A stretch of DNA of 63,236 nt, the filler included. It is 4 parts of 4 records of this genome, joined end to end, with 100 filler letters (N's around TTAATTAATTAA, not from the genome) between each part and the next. Parts side by side here need not be neighbours in the genome. Positions count along the whole stretch, not along the records: positions 30,354 to 56,900 come from SRR2962707_4257; 3 more parts are not named here. One strand, given 5' to 3'. Both the position numbers and the translations under genes were made by a program. This document shows, one piece after another, positions 32,999 through 42,112 of this stretch. The notes below the pieces were generated by a model that worked only from the letters and a program-made list of their open reading frames with translations, was not told the DNA's origin and did no database searches. The stretch's first letter is position 1. Each line of letters begins with the position of its first letter.

Positions 32999-34324
32999 CT
33001 ACGCGAGCATCACGATGGCCTCGAAGCCGTCCGGCTTGCCGCGAACAGGGGAGCGGAACTCAAGATCAATATGTCCGTTGGCGGCGATGGCGGCAGCAAT
33101 CGCCAAGCCGAGGCCGCTGCCGTCCGAACTGGACGGTCCCCGGAAAAACTGCTGGGTGAGATTTTCAAGCACGTCCGGCGCCAGTGCCGGGCCGACGTTC
33201 GTCACCCGTATCTCCGTCTTATCGGCAAGGATATCAACCGGTGATCCGGCGGGACTGTGCTTGAGCGCATTTTCGATCAGGTTCCGCATCAGAATTGCGA
33301 AAGTGTCGGCGTCGATCCGTGAAATATATGTGCCTGCCGCAGGGGGCGTATACCTGAGCCGGTCTTCATTGCCGGACAGGCGTTTTTGTTCGTCGACGAT
33401 GGCATCAAGGACGGGCTTGAGCTCAAAGGGATCTTTGGGGACGGAACCGACACCCTCGGCCCGGGCCAGCTGCATCAGTTTTTCGGAAATCCGCGCAAGT
33501 CTGTGCAGCGAAGCTTCAATCTCGCGGGCTCTCACGCGCAGTTCGTCATCCGACAAGACGGAGATCAGCCGCTGGGTCTGTGCCAGGGCGCCGGCAATCG
33601 GTGTTCTCAGTTCATGCGCACTATTGGCCGTAAAACTCCGCTCGGCATCCAGGCTGCGCTGCAATTGGGCCATCAGATTGTTCACGGCCCGGCTGATCGG
33701 GACAACTTCATCCGGCAAGTCAGTTGATTGTAGGGGCGACAGGTCCCCGGCGCTCCGCGCATCGATCTGCCGGCTGAGCCCGACCACGGGCGCCATGCTT
33801 CGGCGGATAAACCACCATATGCCGACAATGCTGAGCGGGATAATCAGCAACAGGGGGATGACCAGTGCCGCGGTGGATTCGAAGGCGGCCTCGCTGCGAT
33901 GCTTGAGGGGTTCGGCGACCTCGATGAAGATGCTGTCGCTGACAGCGGCTTCGCCATAAATCCGGTGGCTTTGCGTATTTGAAAATCCCTGTTCCGGCTT
34001 TACCGGGAAGACCCGCAGATCGGCATCGTGTGAATGAAGAATGACGTTGCCGATCTTGTCGCGGACCACATAGGTCAGAAATTCCTCGTGCGGTTTCAGC
34101 GGCGCGACGCGGCGTGCCGTGAGTGCCCCGTCATGGTCGAGAATATCGACGACCGCGAGCGACAGGAGCCGCTGCGCTGTTTCCTGTAGCGCGCTGTCGA
34201 ATGCTTCATCCAGTTCGTGGCGGATCACCATGCCGGAAATCACCACGGCGGCGATCCACATGAAAGCGATACCGAATGCCAGACCGTAGCTCAGACGTTT
34301 TTGCAGGCTGTAGGTTTTGCTCAT
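32999..34324 (-). CDS. Sensor histidine kinase (QseC/BqsS-like)
   Basis: Two TMs, HAMP, SAHELRTP, NLIENALKH, GSGLGLAI. Confidence 0.92.
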   Translation of the reverse strand: MSKTYSLQKRLSYGLAFGIAFMWIAAVVISGMVIRHELDEAFDSALQETAQRLLSLAVVDILDHDGALTARRVAPLKPHEEFLTYVVRDKIGNVILHSHDADLRVFPVKPEQGFSNTQSHRIYGEAAVSDSIFIEVAEPLKHRSEAAFESTAALVIPLLLIIPLSIVGIWWFIRRSMAPVVGLSRQIDARSAGDLSPLQSTDLPDEVVPISRAVNNLMAQLQRSLDAERSFTANSAHELRTPIAGALAQTQRLISVLSDDELRVRAREIEASLHRLARISEKLMQLARAEGVGSVPKDPFELKPVLDAIVDEQKRLSGNEDRLRYTPPAAGTYISRIDADTFAILMRNLIENALKHSPAGSPVDILADKTEIRVTNVGPALAPDVLENLTQQFFRGPSSSDGSGLGLAIAAAIAANGHIDLEFRSPVRGKPDGFEAIVMLA

Positions 34325-34980
34325 GTTTGCGCCAGCCTGTAGCCAAGGCCGCGTACCGTCTCAATCACGGCGTGACCAAGTTTCTTGCGCAGACGGCTGA
34401 TGTGGACTTCCACCGTATTGCTCTCGAACGCAGCATCGAAATCATACAGATGTTCCTCAAGCCGGGCCTTGGACAGGACCATGCCGGGATTTTGCAGAAG
34501 AATCTCGAAAAGATGCCATTCACGCGCCGTGAGTTTTATTTTTTTGCCGTCACGCGAAACGGTCCGTGCCGCCAGATCGATGTCCAGGTCCTGCAGCCGG
34601 ATCACAGGGTTCGGGTTGCCGGCGTAGCGCCTGGCCACGGCTGCGATACGGGCGGACAGTTCGGACAGATCAAACGGTTTGACCAGATAATCATCCGCAC
34701 CGGCGTTGAGCCCTTCGATCCGTTCGGAAATCTGATCGCGCGCCGTCAGGATAATGACCGAGGTCACGTCGCCTGCAGCACGGCGTGCACGCAGGAAATC
34801 CAGTCCGCGGCCGTCCGGCAGCATGAGATCCAGCAGGATGAGATCGAACGCCGCGACACGAACACTATCGTCGGCGTCGGCCAGCGATGCGGCGAGATCG
34901 ACGGCATGCCCACCGGATGACAGATGATCATGTATGGCCCGGCCGAGTGCGGCATCGTCTTCGATCAATAGAATGCGCAT
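34321..34980 (-). CDS. OmpR-family response regulator (QseB/BqsR-like)
   Basis: MRILLIEDD, LLDLMLPDG, GADDYLVKPF, VEVHISRLRKKL, TVRGLGYRL. Confidence 0.94.
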   Translation of the reverse strand: MRILLIEDDAALGRAIHDHLSSGGHAVDLAASLADADDSVRVAAFDLILLDLMLPDGRGLDFLRARRAAGDVTSVIILTARDQISERIEGLNAGADDYLVKPFDLSELSARIAAVARRYAGNPNPVIRLQDLDIDLAARTVSRDGKKIKLTAREWHLFEILLQNPGMVLSKARLEEHLYDFDAAFESNTVEVHISRLRKKLGHAVIETVRGLGYRLAQT

Positions 34981-35127
34981 TGTGTTCCCGCCCGGAGGAT
35001 CAAAGTCTATCTGGTTACGCAGCATAGCTTACGGGAAGCTGAAGCAAAATCTGCGTTCGGTTCAGCCCGCCGCAAGGTTGCGGATGAAAAGTCTCCACAC
35101 CGATTACAAATGAACAGGAGACGACCT

Positions 35128-35406
35128 ATGAGAAATACGATCCTTGCATCCGCTGCCGTGATGGCACTGGTCATGAGTGCCGCCCCGGTGCACGCGGACA
35201 GTTACCGCTGCAACGCCCCGATGACCGAATGGCAACCGCGCGAAAACCTGCAGCAGAAGCTCGAAAGCGAAGGCTGGAAGGTGAAGCGGATTAAGACCGA
35301 AGACGGGTGCTATGAGGTCTATGCCTTTGACAAGGACGGCAAGCGTACCGAAGCCTATTTCGATCCGAAATCCCTGCAGATGCTTCGGAAGAAATCCGAT
35401 GACTGA
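35128..35406 (+). CDS. Secreted PepSY domain protein (PepSY_2-like)
   Basis: Signal peptide; GWKVKRIKTEDGCYEVY..DG..EAYFDP; RBS AGGAG. Confidence 0.85.
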   Translation: MRNTILASAAVMALVMSAAPVHADSYRCNAPMTEWQPRENLQQKLESEGWKVKRIKTEDGCYEVYAFDKDGKRTEAYFDPKSLQMLRKKSDD

Positions 35407-35950
35407 GATGGCCGAGCCGACCGTCAAGGTCTGGGACCCGCTCGTCAGGCTGTTTCACTGGTCGCTGGTGGGTGCCTTTGCGGTCGCCTGGTTGACCGGT
35501 GACGAACTTGAAAAGCTGCATGAGATTGTCGGCTATGTGGTTCTGGGGCTGGTTGCCTTCCGCGTGCTGTGGGGACTGGTCGGCCCCCGCTATGCACGGT
35601 TCACACAGTTCGTGCCAAGCATGGGCAGGGCGGTCAGCTATCTGAAGGACATGGCCGGTGGTCAGGAACTCCGGTATCTGGGGCATAATCCGGCCGGGGG
35701 CGCGATGGTTGTGGCATTGCTTTTGGCACTGGCCCTCACTGGGGCAACCGGATGGATGATGACCCTGGACATGTTCTGGGGGTCGGAATGGGTTGAGGAA
35801 ATCCACGAGGTTATGGCCACGGGGATGCTGATCATGGTTGCCGTGCATGTGGCCGGCGTTGTCTTCGCCAGTATGCGGCATGACGAGAACCTCGTCCGGG
35901 CCATGTTCACCGGGCGCAAACGACAACCCGATCCATATGATGTGATCTGA
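35399..35950 (+). CDS. Cytochrome b/b6 (Ni/Fe-hydrogenase cyt b-like) membrane protein
   Basis: VWDPLVRLFHW, LHEIVG, GHNPAG, EIHE, HVAGV. Confidence 0.88.
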   Translation: MTEMAEPTVKVWDPLVRLFHWSLVGAFAVAWLTGDELEKLHEIVGYVVLGLVAFRVLWGLVGPRYARFTQFVPSMGRAVSYLKDMAGGQELRYLGHNPAGGAMVVALLLALALTGATGWMMTLDMFWGSEWVEEIHEVMATGMLIMVAVHVAGVVFASMRHDENLVRAMFTGRKRQPDPYDVI

Positions 35951-35964
35951 GTTGTATAAATCAA

Positions 35965-36000
35965 CGACGCGGGCCCGGCATATCGCTGCGGCCCGCGTCG
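35965..36000. terminator. Hairpin between convergent genes
   Basis: CGACGCGGGCC...GGCCCGCGTCG 11-bp stem. Confidence 0.55.
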
Positions 36001-36022
36001 GCTGATGAGAGAATGGGGATCT

Positions 36023-36976
36023 TTAGGCGACGGCGACCCGTTCCACTTTCTGGCCGCCCTTCTGAAGGCCGACCTGTGAAATGAAGCCGTAGAGCGGTTC
36101 TTCGGGAAGTGCCGTGCGGATGACGTCGCGGATTTTCAGAAGCTTCTCCAGATCGATCCCGGTTTTGAGACCCATCTCTTCGAGCATGAAAACCAGATCC
36201 TCGGTCACGATGTTGCCGGACGCGCCCGGTGCGAACGGGCAGCCGCCCAGTCCGCCCATCGAGGCATCAATGGTGGTGACGTCGACATCGAGAGCCGCCA
36301 GCGCATTGGCGATGCCGAGACCGCGGGTGTTGTGAAGGTGTGCGCCGCCCAGTTTGTCGGCACCGATTTCGGCGCGCACCGCCTTGAAGATACGGCGGAT
36401 GCTGGCCGGGTTGGCCATGCCGGTGGTGTCGGCCAGACCGACTTCATCGGCGCCGGCTTCAACGGCGGCCACACAGAGTTCGAGGATATCGCGTTCGGGA
36501 ATTTCACCTTCGATGGTGCAGCCGAAAACGGTCGAAAGACCGCATTCGATTTCCGGGCGGGCATCTGCGGGCAGAGTGTCGCGGAGCTCACACATCTTGC
36601 GGATTTCCTCGATACTTTCCTGCGGCGTCTTGTTCACGTTGGCCCGGTTGTGGGACACGCTGACCGACAGCGGCACGGTGATCTTGTTGGCGCCGGCCTT
36701 CATGGCATTTTCGGCGCCGCGCAGATTGGGGGCGAGGACGGCAACATTGAGGCCCTTGATGGCGGCGGCATATTCGGTGACTTCGGTGGCATCGGCCATC
36801 GCCGGGACGACCTTGGGCGGCACGAAAGAGCAAACCTCGATCTCGCGCACACCGGCTTCGACGGCCAGGTCGATCCACTTTTTCTTGAACGCCGTCGGCA
36901 TGATGTCGCCGGCCATCTGCAGGCCGTCACGCGGGCCGACTTCGCTGACAAGAATATCGATATCGTTGGTGTTCAT
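36023..36976 (-). CDS. HMG-CoA lyase family protein
   Basis: EVGPRDGLQ, LADTTG, HLHNTRG, GGLGGCPFAPGASGN..TED. Confidence 0.92.
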   Translation of the reverse strand: MNTNDIDILVSEVGPRDGLQMAGDIMPTAFKKKWIDLAVEAGVREIEVCSFVPPKVVPAMADATEVTEYAAAIKGLNVAVLAPNLRGAENAMKAGANKITVPLSVSVSHNRANVNKTPQESIEEIRKMCELRDTLPADARPEIECGLSTVFGCTIEGEIPERDILELCVAAVEAGADEVGLADTTGMANPASIRRIFKAVRAEIGADKLGGAHLHNTRGLGIANALAALDVDVTTIDASMGGLGGCPFAPGASGNIVTEDLVFMLEEMGLKTGIDLEKLLKIRDVIRTALPEEPLYGFISQVGLQKGGQKVERVAVA

Positions 36977-37027
36977 GGCCGTCTCTCTCCGTTCGCTGGC
37001 GTCTGCTTTGTATTTGACAGGATTATT

Positions 37028-37058
37028 CATTCTATTCTACAGAATGACGTTCTAAAAT
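37028..37058. promoter_or_regulatory. Putative IclR-family operator (copy 1)
   Basis: CATTCTATTCTACAGAATGACGTTCTAAAAT; similar motif at 39051-39081 on the opposite strand. Confidence 0.6.
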
Positions 37059-37089
37059 AAAGCACAAAAAAAGCCGAGGAGAAAGCATC

Positions 37090-38319
37090 ATGCCCGCAAC
37101 AGAAGCTCGTGAACCCAAAGAGGGGGGCGCGAACCTGCCCCTGTCGGGCATCCGCGTCATAGAATTCAGCCATATGGTGATGGGCCCGACGTGTGGCCTG
37201 ATCCTGGCCGATCTGGGCGCGGACGTGATCAAGGTCGAGCCTGCGGAAAAGGGCGACAACACCCGCCGCCTGACCGGATCCGGGGCCGGGTTCTTCCCGA
37301 TGTACAACCGCAACAAAAGATCGCTCTCCGTCGATATCAAGGACCCGCGCGGGCTGGCGCTGGTCAAATCGCTGATCAAAGACGCCGATATCCTGATTGA
37401 AAATTTCCGGCCCGGCGCGCTCGACAAGCTGGGGATCGGCTACGAGGCGCTGAAGGCGGAAAACGAGAAACTGATTTATTACTCGGCGAAAGGCTTCCTG
37501 CCGGGACCGTATGACCATCGCACCGCCCTTGATGAAGTGGTGCAGATGATGGGCGGGCTCGCCTACATGACCGGACCGCCGGGCCGGCCGTTGCGGGCGG
37601 GCGCGTCGGTCAACGACATCATGGGCGGAATGTTCGGCGTGATCGGTATCATGGCGGCGCTCCGGGGCCGCGATCAGACCGGCAAGGGTGCGCATGTCAC
37701 CAGTGCGCTGTTTGAAAACTGCGTGTTTCTCAGCGGCCAGCACATGGCGCAGTACAACGTCACCGGTCAGGCCGCGCGACCAATGCCGGAACGTCTGTCG
37801 GCATGGGCGGTCTATGATGTGTTCGATTGCAGTGACGGCAAACAGGTCTTTGTCGGTGTGGTCTCGGATACCCAGTGGCGGGTTTTCTGTGACAGCTTCG
37901 GCCTCGATGACTTTGCCGCAGACCCCGAGCTGGCGACCAACCCGCAGCGCTGCCACAAACGTGACCAGTTCCTGCCGAAGATCCGTGAATTGCTGGGCGC
38001 TATGACGTCGGCTGAAGTTCTTGCACGGTGTGAGCAGCTCGGTCTGCCGTTCGCACCGATCACCCGCCCGGAAGATCTGCCGGCGGACCGGCATCTGCAG
38101 GAATCCGGCGGACTGTTGAAAGTTCACGGCGACAACGACCGCGAAGTCGAGGTTCCGGCACTGCCGTTTGCGCTGGATGACTGGCGGCCCGGGGTACGTC
38201 TGGACATTCCCAAAATCGGCGAGCATTCGCGCGACATCGCCCTGGCGGCGGGGTTGAGCGAAGACGATGTCGATGCCTTGCTGAACGACGGTGTGCTGAC
38301 GGGTCAGCCTCAGGGCTGA
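37090..38319 (+). CDS. CaiB/BaiF family (class III) CoA-transferase
   Basis: PLSGIRVIEF, LADLGADVIKVEP, NRNKRS, ENFRPG, NDIMGG. Confidence 0.94.
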   Translation: MPATEAREPKEGGANLPLSGIRVIEFSHMVMGPTCGLILADLGADVIKVEPAEKGDNTRRLTGSGAGFFPMYNRNKRSLSVDIKDPRGLALVKSLIKDADILIENFRPGALDKLGIGYEALKAENEKLIYYSAKGFLPGPYDHRTALDEVVQMMGGLAYMTGPPGRPLRAGASVNDIMGGMFGVIGIMAALRGRDQTGKGAHVTSALFENCVFLSGQHMAQYNVTGQAARPMPERLSAWAVYDVFDCSDGKQVFVGVVSDTQWRVFCDSFGLDDFAADPELATNPQRCHKRDQFLPKIRELLGAMTSAEVLARCEQLGLPFAPITRPEDLPADRHLQESGGLLKVHGDNDREVEVPALPFALDDWRPGVRLDIPKIGEHSRDIALAAGLSEDDVDALLNDGVLTGQPQG

Positions 38320-38993
38320 ATGAGCTTGGGGCCTAGTTCCGAAGCCGCGGCGAGCGCTGCCTTGATGGCGGTGCCGCGCGCCTTTTCGTCAAACCGCGTA
38401 CGTAATCCCGAGACCACGACCGCGCCCAGAAAATTCTTGTCCGCGCCGAACACCGGCACGGCCACGGACGCCGTGTCCGGATCGCGTTCGCCCAGCGAAA
38501 TGGCATATCCGGTTTTCATGATGTCGGCAGCCTGTTCGCCGCTGCCATCGGTATAGGCCCGGATCAGATGCCCGGCGGCACCCTGTTCCAGCGGCAACTG
38601 GGCCCCTTCGTCCAGATGGTGGCGGATGCTTTGCGGGCCGTTCTGGCGAAACAGGCAGACCCGCGTCTCGCCGTCGCGGATATAGAACGAGGCGCTTTCG
38701 TGGGTGATTTCGGCAAGCTTGCGCAGGACCGGGCGGATTGTTTCGGCAAAATTGAAGCGCTTGCGGTAAATCGATCCCAGCCGCCACAGCGTCGGGCCCA
38801 GCGAGAAACTGCCGTCGTCCAAGCGGTTCAGATAGCCAGACGCTTCCAGCGATCCGGCAAGGCGCAGGATCGTGCTTTTGTATAGGCCGGTTTTCTCAGC
38901 CAGCTGCTTCAGGGTCAGGCGGTCGTGTTCCGCATCAAAGCATCCCAGCAGCGATAGGGCCCGGTCTACGGCAGCAACCCTGTTCTCAGTCAT
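38310..38993 (-). CDS. IclR family transcriptional regulator
   Basis: AVDRALSLL, GLYKSTILRL, ITHESAS, SVAVPVF. Confidence 0.93.
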   Translation of the reverse strand: MTENRVAAVDRALSLLGCFDAEHDRLTLKQLAEKTGLYKSTILRLAGSLEASGYLNRLDDGSFSLGPTLWRLGSIYRKRFNFAETIRPVLRKLAEITHESASFYIRDGETRVCLFRQNGPQSIRHHLDEGAQLPLEQGAAGHLIRAYTDGSGEQAADIMKTGYAISLGERDPDTASVAVPVFGADKNFLGAVVVSGLRTRFDEKARGTAIKAALAAASELGPKLIQP

Positions 38994-39050
38994 GTTGGTC
39001 TCCAGACGTTGCCCTAAGTTTTCACTTTACTTGATCAGGATAAAGCCAAT

Positions 39051-39081
39051 ATTATAGAACAAAGTTCTGCTAGATAGAACG
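39051..39081. promoter_or_regulatory. Putative IclR-family operator (copy 2)
   Basis: Reverse complement CGTTCTATCTAGCAGAACTTTGTTCTATAAT, between the divergent iclR and TAXI genes. Confidence 0.6.
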
Positions 39082-39141
39082 ATAAAAGTTTAACACACAA
39101 CCGGGCACTTCCTGTCCGGGCATCAATTGGGAGAGAAACAG

Positions 39142-40140
39142 ATGCATATACGTTTGAAGTCACTGCTTATGGCGGGGGGGATTGCCCTTACGCTCAACAC
39201 GGCTGCGCAGGCCGAAGAGGTTATTTTCTCGGCCGTCGGGCCGACGACGCAGGATTACCAGATGGCCGTTGCCTGGTCGAACCTGCTGTCCGATGCGAAA
39301 TCGAAGCTGAAACTGACCGTTGTCGACAACGGTTCCGTGAAGGGTTTGCGTCAGGTTGCCAAGGGTCAGGCGGACATCGTCGCCATCGGCTCGCCGCACT
39401 ACCGCGATGCCACCCAGAAAGGCGGCAAGTTCAAGGAGGACCCACAGGACCTCGTTGACGCCTATCAGAACATGAGCGCCCTGTTTGCGATCACGACCAG
39501 CGCCGCGCAGTACGTCGCGCTTGCCGACAAGAACATCAACAGCATTCAGGACTTCAAGGGCAAGGCCCTGGCCATCGGCCGTCCGGGCGGAAACGCGGGC
39601 CGCGTGACCGGTGTTCTGTTCAAGACGCATGGTATCGATCTGGCCGCCGGTGATGCGGACGGGCAGCACCTGAAATACGGTCCGGCGCTGGAGCAGATGG
39701 CGAACGGCACCCTTGATGCAACCCTGGTCTGGGGCGGAGTGCCGCAGGCGGCTATCGACAATGCATCGCGTCAGATGAAGCTGAACTTTGTCTCGCCGGA
39801 TCCCGCCAAGCTCGCGGATTTCCGCAAGAACATCACCAACGGTGAATACTATGTGTTCCAGAAAGTCCCGAAAGCGACCATCGAAAAGGCCTATGGCGGC
39901 CGTGTTGCAGCGGACGAGTTCGAATACTTCTGGACCTTCCCGTTCATGATGGTTGTCCGCGACAACATGCCCGACGATATGGCTTATGAACTGGTGAAGA
40001 CCTTCTGGAGCAACATCGAGAAAATCAACGCCATGAGCCCGGCGCTGTCGCTGATTTCCAAGGAAAGTGCCCTGGAAGCCCTGTCCACCAAGGTACACCC
40101 GGGTGCGGCACGGTATTATCAGGAAGCCGGCATTAAATAA
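39142..40140 (+). CDS. TAXI family TRAP transporter substrate-binding protein
   Basis: Signal peptide, GSV..L, SIQDFKGK, AYELVK.FW.N, VHPGAARYY.E.G. Confidence 0.88.
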   Translation: MHIRLKSLLMAGGIALTLNTAAQAEEVIFSAVGPTTQDYQMAVAWSNLLSDAKSKLKLTVVDNGSVKGLRQVAKGQADIVAIGSPHYRDATQKGGKFKEDPQDLVDAYQNMSALFAITTSAAQYVALADKNINSIQDFKGKALAIGRPGGNAGRVTGVLFKTHGIDLAAGDADGQHLKYGPALEQMANGTLDATLVWGGVPQAAIDNASRQMKLNFVSPDPAKLADFRKNITNGEYYVFQKVPKATIEKAYGGRVAADEFEYFWTFPFMMVVRDNMPDDMAYELVKTFWSNIEKINAMSPALSLISKESALEALSTKVHPGAARYYQEAGIK

Positions 40141-40180
40141 GTATTCCCATACCCTGTAAGGACATGGCAGTAACACCAAC

Positions 40181-42112
40181 ATGTCATCATCCGATACACA
40201 CACTCCTGCACCCGGTCTGAACCGGGTGCAGGCATTTTTTCCGCTGCTCGGCAAAGTATGCTGTGCAGCCCTCGCCGTGTTCGTCGCCTATACCGCGACG
40301 CTCGGCAAGTTCCCTGCAGAAGCACAGTATGCCATCGCCCTGACGCTGGGTCTGCTGGGCGTGTTTCTTTTGAAGCCGGGTCCGCTCAGCCGCGACGGCG
40401 AACTGACATGGCCCGATATTTTTCTGAGCTCGCTGTTCATCGCCGCAACGCTGGCGACGGGCGGATATTATCTCGCCAACTATGCGGCCATCGCCGCCTA
40501 CCGCGAGGGTATTCCCAACGACTTCGACCTCGTCTGCTACGCCGTCGGCACCATCGTTGTCGTCGAAGCGGCGCGCCGGGTCGAAGGCATGGTACTGGTG
40601 TCGATCGTCGCGGCGGCATTTATCTATCTCGCCTACGGGCATTTCATGCCAGGCGTGCTGCATCACCGGCCGATGCCGATCAGCAACGCCCTCGAAGTGG
40701 CTTACAGCTATAAGGGGATCTACGGCATCGCGCTGGGTGCGGTGGTCGATATCGTCTTGGTCTTTGTCATTCTCGGCGCCGCGATCCGTGTTTCGGGCGC
40801 GGGCGACTTCTTCAATTTCTTGGCGCTGCGGCTGACCCGGGGCATGCGCTCCGGCCCGGCGCAGGGCGCCATCGTCGCCTCGACCCTGTTCGGGTCGATC
40901 AACGGGTCCGCACCGGCGAACGTGTCATCGACGGGCGTGCTGACGATCCCGATGATGAAAAGAAGCGGCTTTTCGGCAAGTTTCGCCGGTGGTATCGAAG
41001 CGACGGCATCGTGCGTCGGCCAGATCATGCCGCCGATCATGGGGGTCGGCGCCTTCATCATGTCGGAAATCACCGGTGTGCCGTACAGCGAGATCATGTT
41101 GATCGCGGTGGTTCCCGCATTTCTGTTCATCTTCTCCCTGTCGATGGCGGCGGTGCTCGAAGCCAGCCGTCTCGGCATCAAGCCCGATCAGAACGACGAT
41201 CCGGGACAATGGAATACCCAGCGCCGTTGCCAGGCGCTGATTCTCGTCTTCGGGTTCGGCTCGCTTCTGGTGATGCTGTTTGCCGGTTTTGCTCCGACCT
41301 TTGCCGGTCTGACCGCCGCTGCCGTCACGCTTGCCCTTGCGATGATCATGCCACCGACCCGTCTGAGCATCAAAGACTGGGGTGAATTCATCGTCGACGG
41401 CGGCCGTGATGGTCTTTCGGTGATGATTGCCTGTGCCGCCATCGGTGTCGTCATCGGTGCCGTGACCTCGACCGGGCTGGGGGTCAAGCTGAACCAGATG
41501 ATTGTCTCGGTGGGATCGGGGGAATTGCTGCCGGCGCTGATCCTGGCGGCGATCTGTTCGATCGTGCTGGGCATGGGCCTGCCCACGGCGGCATCCTACC
41601 TGATGGTCGTGTTTGTCGCCGGACCGTCCCTGACGGAACTCGGCATCAGCCTGCTGCAGGTACACTTCTTCGTTTTCTATTACGCCGTGCTGTCAGCCAT
41701 TACGCCGCCGGTAGCGCTGGCGGTGTTTGCCGCTGCCGCCATTGCCCGTGAAAAGCCGCTGCCCATTGCCCGCGATGCGCTGCGTCTGTGCGGTGTCGGT
41801 TTTGCACTGCCGCTGATCTGGATCTATCACCCGGAAATCTTCCTGGACACCTTGAGCTGGGAAAGCATGCCGGTGTTTGTCCTGACGTTCGCCGCGTTGC
41901 TTTTGGCAATCGTCGCGTTCAACGCCGCGCATATCGGTCATCTTTTCCTGCGCCTTGATATCGTCCGGCGGCTGTTGCTGCTGGCCGGGGCCGTCGGGGC
42001 CGTCTATGTCGATTGGCGTCTGCAGGTGGCCGCCGTGGCGTTGATGCTGTTGGTTGCGGGCGAGCGCATGATCGCGCAAAGACGTCAATCCACCCAGCCG
42101 GAGAATGCCTGA
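40181..42112 (+). CDS. TRAP transporter fused (4TM/12TM) permease
   Basis: GSINGSAPANV, TIPMMK, GQIMPPIMG, LGMGLPT, SAITPPVA. Confidence 0.94.
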   Translation: MSSSDTHTPAPGLNRVQAFFPLLGKVCCAALAVFVAYTATLGKFPAEAQYAIALTLGLLGVFLLKPGPLSRDGELTWPDIFLSSLFIAATLATGGYYLANYAAIAAYREGIPNDFDLVCYAVGTIVVVEAARRVEGMVLVSIVAAAFIYLAYGHFMPGVLHHRPMPISNALEVAYSYKGIYGIALGAVVDIVLVFVILGAAIRVSGAGDFFNFLALRLTRGMRSGPAQGAIVASTLFGSINGSAPANVSSTGVLTIPMMKRSGFSASFAGGIEATASCVGQIMPPIMGVGAFIMSEITGVPYSEIMLIAVVPAFLFIFSLSMAAVLEASRLGIKPDQNDDPGQWNTQRRCQALILVFGFGSLLVMLFAGFAPTFAGLTAAAVTLALAMIMPPTRLSIKDWGEFIVDGGRDGLSVMIACAAIGVVIGAVTSTGLGVKLNQMIVSVGSGELLPALILAAICSIVLGMGLPTAASYLMVVFVAGPSLTELGISLLQVHFFVFYYAVLSAITPPVALAVFAAAAIAREKPLPIARDALRLCGVGFALPLIWIYHPEIFLDTLSWESMPVFVLTFAALLLAIVAFNAAHIGHLFLRLDIVRRLLLLAGAVGAVYVDWRLQVAAVALMLLVAGERMIAQRRQSTQPENA

